Source: Acidobacteriota bacterium
Lineage (GTDB): Bacteria; Acidobacteriota; UBA6911
Assembly: GCA_963664705.1 (NCBI GenBank)
Contig: OY761556.1
Span: 3,136,001-3,200,000, forward strand
Direction: 5' to 3'
DNA length: 64,000 nt
In this document: positions 61,301-64,000 of the stretch, piece by piece
Layout of the letters: each line of letters begins with the position of its first letter
Numbering within the stretch: position 1 is the first letter of the stretch
Program-made: the position numbers and the translations under genes
Notes under the pieces: generated by a model
What the model was told of the DNA's origin: nothing
Databases searched by the model: none
The model's input: only the letters and a program-made list of their open reading frames with translations

Positions 61301-61580
61301 TGTAGACGTAAGAAAACCCGAAATCGGAATAGCCGCGGATCGCCTTGACTTTTGGAGCACCCAGCAGCGCAGTGGTGATCGGGTAGGTTACCTGGTCTTC
61401 GATAATGTCCGGAGATCGGTCCCAGCGGGAATAGACAATGACCTGCGTATCGGAAAGATCAGGGATCGCGTCAACAGGCTGGTTATAAAGCGTCCAGATT
61501 CCAACCGCAACAGCCGCGGCTGCAAATACAAGAACGACAAATTTCTGCCGGGCGCACCACTCAATAATTCTTTCGATCAT
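58317..61580 (-). CDS. cusA: Cu/Ag RND efflux permease
   Basis: DAIPDLSDTQVI, GPDATGVGW, GSEFMPPLNEG.ILYMP, FSMMET, RVRPKMMT. Confidence 0.93.
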   Translation of the reverse strand: MIERIIEWCARQKFVVLVFAAAAVAVGIWTLYNQPVDAIPDLSDTQVIVYSRWDRSPDIIEDQVTYPITTALLGAPKVKAIRGYSDFGFSYVYIIFEDGTDIYWARSRVLEYLSKVISSLPPEVKTEIGPDATGVGWIYQYALVDKSGTHSLAELRSYQDWNLRYALQSVPGVAEVATVGGFQNQYQVVVDPDKLKAYSIPIMEVSEAVRNANQESGGRLIEFSGREYMVRGHGYVKSERDLEQVVLKTNNAGTPVLLRDVARIERGPEIRRGVADLDGIGDVVGGIVVMRHSENADKVIARVKERLRELEPSFPHGVKAIPTYDRSELIERSIDTLKHELIVEIVIVSLVILIFLWHIPSALIPIVTIPVSVLLSFIPMYMLGLNSNIMSLAGIAISIGVLVDGAIVEVENAYKKLELWVEGGRQGDFHEIRLEALKEVGPSVFFSLLVIAIAFLPIFTLVDQEGRLFKPLAFTKNFAMAIAAILAVTLDPAMRMLFARMDYFRFRPKPVAWVVNQVLVGKYYKEEKHPISRILFRIYDPPARFVLRHPKTTIVVALLLVLVTIPVYFQLGSEFMPPLNEGTILYMPTTLPGISVSEAQRVLQVQDRLIMRIPEVERVFGKAGRAETSTDPAPFSMMETTILLKPVSEWRHKDQWYSRWSPEWLKNLVFRRIWPDRISWDELISELDTTVQIPGVTNAWTMPIRARIDMLTTGVRTPIGIKIFGSDLAEIEKIGSSLESIMRNVPGTRSVYAERVAGGYFVDFTLKRDQLARYGLSVADAQNVVTSAIGGENVTTTIEGRARYPVNVRYPRELRDNMERLRQVLVPIPGGAQIPISEIAEIKRVSGPSMIRDENGMLAGYVFIDLASKDIGGYVERAKQVVREKLAIPAGYSLVWSGQYENMLRVRERLKIVVPITLFLIFALLYMNTKSAMKASIVMLAVPFSLIGALWLMWILGYNISIAAWVGMIALMGLDAETGVFMLLFLDLSYEEARRKGELKSKSDLVEAVIHGAVKRVRPKMMTVAAAFMGLMPIMWSIGTGSDMMKRVVAPMVGGLATSFLMELLVYPAIYYLWKWRSEVRHLALEA

Positions 61581-61608
61581 AGTCTGGATTGGATGGAATA
61601 CCGGGACA

Positions 61609-62901
61609 CTAGCTTCCGGCCGATACCGCCGCCTTCAGCTTTGATTCGGAATCCAGAAGAAAGCTTGCCCCAGTCACAACCTTTTCGCCTTCCGCAATGC
61701 CCTGCTTGACTTCATACATGTTGCGAACGCGCGCTCCAAGCACAACTTCGCGCGGTTCAAATTCCCCTTCTCCCTTCGCGACAAAGACAATATACCGCTC
61801 TCCGGTAGCAATGACGGCGCTGTCCGGAATCGCAATTCCGGTCGCCCTGGCTCCCCCAAGAACAATATGGACATACATCTCCGGCTTCAGTTCGCCATCC
61901 GGGTTTGCAAATTCGAGGCGTGCCTTCACGGTTCGCGTCACCGGATCCACCGTGGGATCCATGAAACTTACGCGTCCTCGCCAAGTCCTTCCTGGCTTGT
62001 AATCCAAGGTCATGGCCGCAGGTTGCCCGATTCGCACAAAAGGAAGATTGACTTCGTAAATGTCCGCAAGGACCCACACTGTGGACAGGTCGACAATATC
62101 GTACAGGTTATCGGCGGGCGTCACTTTCAGCCCATGCACTGCAAGCTTGCCCGTCACATAGCCCGAAACCGGGGATGAGATGACCAGATCACGCGACGCC
62201 TTTCGTGTCTGCTCAAGGTCGTTCAGTTCCGCATCGCCAATTCCCCAAAGCGCAAGCCGCTCTCGCGCGGCCGCTACCAGATCAATGGAGCTTCCCGGAG
62301 CAACGGATTTTGCACCGGTCGGGTCTCTCTGATCGCGAGCCCGAAGAGCCAATAGATACTCGTTCTGCGTCGCATAAAGATCCGGAGAATATACGCTGAA
62401 CAGGGGTTGCCCCGCCTTCACATATTGTCCCGTATAATTCACAAACAAATGCTCAATATACCCGTCGAATCTCGTATGCACGTGATGCACTCTGGTTTCG
62501 TCGTAGGCAACCTTTCCAAATGTGCGAAAACTCTGATCCAACTCAACCCGGGAGGCTTCCGTGACGGTGATCCCCATAGTCTGAATCCGCTCAGGCGAAA
62601 TAGTCACAGGAGCATATCCGGAAACTCCGGACGATGCAGTGGTTCCCTGAGCTGCATCCGGCATATTGGCGTGAGCGCCATGTGCCTCAGACGCACCTGG
62701 CTGATCTATCGGGACAAGCTTCATTCCACAGATAGGACAATCGCCGGGCTTGTCGGAAATATAGGTGGGATGCATGGGGCAGTGATACATCACTTTGGGG
62801 GCTGCCGTGGTTGCGGCATTCCCCCTCCAGTGCATATAGGCAAAATAGCCACCGGCGCACAAAACAGCCGCCAGCAAAAAACCCAATATGAAATTCTTCA
62901 T
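61609..62901 (-). CDS. cusB: RND periplasmic adaptor, CusB-like, with heavy-metal-binding domain
   Basis: YHCPMHP...PGDCPICGMKL, YSPDL, LKPEMY, FLLDSES. Confidence 0.9.
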   Translation of the reverse strand: MKNFILGFLLAAVLCAGGYFAYMHWRGNAATTAAPKVMYHCPMHPTYISDKPGDCPICGMKLVPIDQPGASEAHGAHANMPDAAQGTTASSGVSGYAPVTISPERIQTMGITVTEASRVELDQSFRTFGKVAYDETRVHHVHTRFDGYIEHLFVNYTGQYVKAGQPLFSVYSPDLYATQNEYLLALRARDQRDPTGAKSVAPGSSIDLVAAARERLALWGIGDAELNDLEQTRKASRDLVISSPVSGYVTGKLAVHGLKVTPADNLYDIVDLSTVWVLADIYEVNLPFVRIGQPAAMTLDYKPGRTWRGRVSFMDPTVDPVTRTVKARLEFANPDGELKPEMYVHIVLGGARATGIAIPDSAVIATGERYIVFVAKGEGEFEPREVVLGARVRNMYEVKQGIAEGEKVVTGASFLLDSESKLKAAVSAGS

Positions 62902-62928
62902 AAATCCTGATCCGAGCGAGTCCGGGAA

Positions 62929-63390
62929 TTAGGGGACCAACTCGCCGCAAGTCAGCATGGAACTGCCGTAATAGGGATTACGCGTCCCCTTGTCCGGTTG
63001 CAGCCAGTTTTTCTTCACCATCGAACAATAGTACTGGTACGGAGGATTTTTGGGTGTACTGGATGCTTTCACAAAGGCAATCATCTTGTCGCTGAGATCA
63101 CCGAATGCCCCACGCGCAGATTTCAGATCGGTCGAGTTAAATTTGGCGGCCGCCTCGGCGAGTGCTTGCAGTTCGGCCTTTCCTGCCTGCTGCGTCGCGG
63201 AGGCCTGTTTGCTGACCTTGGCCAACTCTGCAGCAGCGGCAGCTACTCCCGTAACGGAGTCAGAAGCCAGGCTTTTTTGGATTGTGTAGTACGGGCCGAG
63301 TATCTGGCCGGTTATGGAAGCGACGGGACTCGCCATCGCGATACCGAGGATGGCAACGCCAAGAACACAAAATAGCGTAATCGATCTCAT
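62929..63390 (-). CDS. DUF3347-like periplasmic metal-binding protein
   Basis: Signal peptide; YCSM...WLQ....RNPYYGSSMLTCG. Confidence 0.82.
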   Translation of the reverse strand: MRSITLFCVLGVAILGIAMASPVASITGQILGPYYTIQKSLASDSVTGVAAAAAELAKVSKQASATQQAGKAELQALAEAAAKFNSTDLKSARGAFGDLSDKMIAFVKASSTPKNPPYQYYCSMVKKNWLQPDKGTRNPYYGSSMLTCGELVP

Positions 63391-63562
63391 CAAAACTCCT
63401 CCTGATAGCATGGTTCAACCATTGCCTTTATAATGGAAATCCTGACCCAACAAGAATATAGCGCGCAACGCAACTAGACAACATTTCCTTTTCAAATCGT
63501 ATTCGCGACAATTTCGCAGCCGCCCACCTACCACATTGTGGCATATTTTCTAAGATTTTATG

Positions 63563-63592
63563 TTGACATTCGAAAATGCAAATGTCTACAAT
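63563..63592 (+). promoter_or_regulatory. Sigma70 promoter of the cysK leader
   Basis: TTGACA (63563-63568), 18 bp spacer, TACAAT (63587-63592); expected start about 63599-63600. Confidence 0.7.
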
Positions 63593-63599
63593 CACACCC

Positions 63600-63704
63600 A
63601 TGAGTTCATATCGCATAAGCAGAATGGAAATGGGGACCGGTTCCGGATGCTGTTGTAGCCTGCCGGCTGCCCGCTTTGCGGCATGGGCTCGAAACGCCTC
63701 TTAG
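63600..63704 (+). CDS. Putative Cys-rich leader peptide (34 aa)
   Basis: MSSYRISRMEMGTGSGCCCSLPAARFAAWARNAS; TGC-TGT-TGT at 63648-63656; directly upstream of cysK. Confidence 0.6.
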   Translation: MSSYRISRMEMGTGSGCCCSLPAARFAAWARNAS

Positions 63705-63822
63705 CCACAAAGCGTGCCGGTCGGCACATCCTCCTATACAGGCAGATCTCAAACAGTGATTCGTCCCATTCATGGGACACAGCACAACCCAGTTATTCAG
63801 CTATCAAACGAACGGAGAGGCT

Positions 63823-64000
63823 ATGGCACGCATTTACGAAGACAATTCACTATCGATAGGCAACACACCCCTTGTCCGATTCAACCGCATCGCCGCAGGA
63901 TTGCCGGCAACAGTGTTAGGAAAGATAGAGGGGCGGAACCCGTCCTATTCCGTCAAATGCCGGATCGGATCGGCACTGATCTGGGATGCGGAAAGCAAAG
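63823..64000 (+). CDS. cysK: Cysteine synthase A (3' truncated by the window)
   Basis: [18 protein letters not shown]...[16 protein letters not shown] (PLP-lysine motif); RBS GGAGAGG; absent from the ORF track. Confidence 0.93.
   Translation, partial: MARIYEDNSLSIGNTPLVRFNRIAAGLPATVLGKIEGRNPSYSVKCRIGSALIWDAESK

Noticed and set aside
63530-63540. CCACA-T-TGTGG palindrome between the cus and cysK promoters
   Set aside because: Too short to distinguish from chance and not a clear CsoR/CueR/CymR match
1-64000. CRISPR array, rRNA, tRNA, prophage or defence island
   Set aside because: No regularly spaced direct repeats, RNA gene signatures, integrase or phage genes were seen

Overview
Bacterial chromosomal window, most likely Acidobacteriota (inferred from two acidobacterial-type VWA proteins and the LPS/KDO genes), probably with anaerobic capacity. 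It holds about 50 mostly housekeeping or accessory genes: argS (partial), a Crp/Fnr regulator divergent from hcp, S46/S9/M16/M20 peptidases, an AtuA-type cluster, aroF, aceE, murU/amgK-like genes followed by alpha-2-macroglobulin and pbpC, acnA, kdsB-waaA, murI, an acyl-CoA dehydrogenase pair, a cytoplasmic molybdopterin enzyme module, a split Cus-type efflux system and cysK (partial). The best signals are missed or truncated by the ORF track. (1) An exported thioredoxin-family gene has an in-frame TGA exactly at the first position of its W-[U]-P-Q-C active site, a probable selenoprotein at the end of an M16 peptidase operon. (2) A probably leaderless 34-aa Cys-Cys-Cys leader peptide lies upstream of cysK, a candidate cysteine-sensing attenuator. 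(3) A 291-bp IS4-like MITE with an 11-bp target duplication sits in a REP-like motif, and a related end abuts the same motif 43 kb away. (4) A perfect FNR-type box lies at class II spacing before hcp. No rRNA, tRNA or CRISPR array was recognised. All family calls come from motif recognition by eye; no searches were run.
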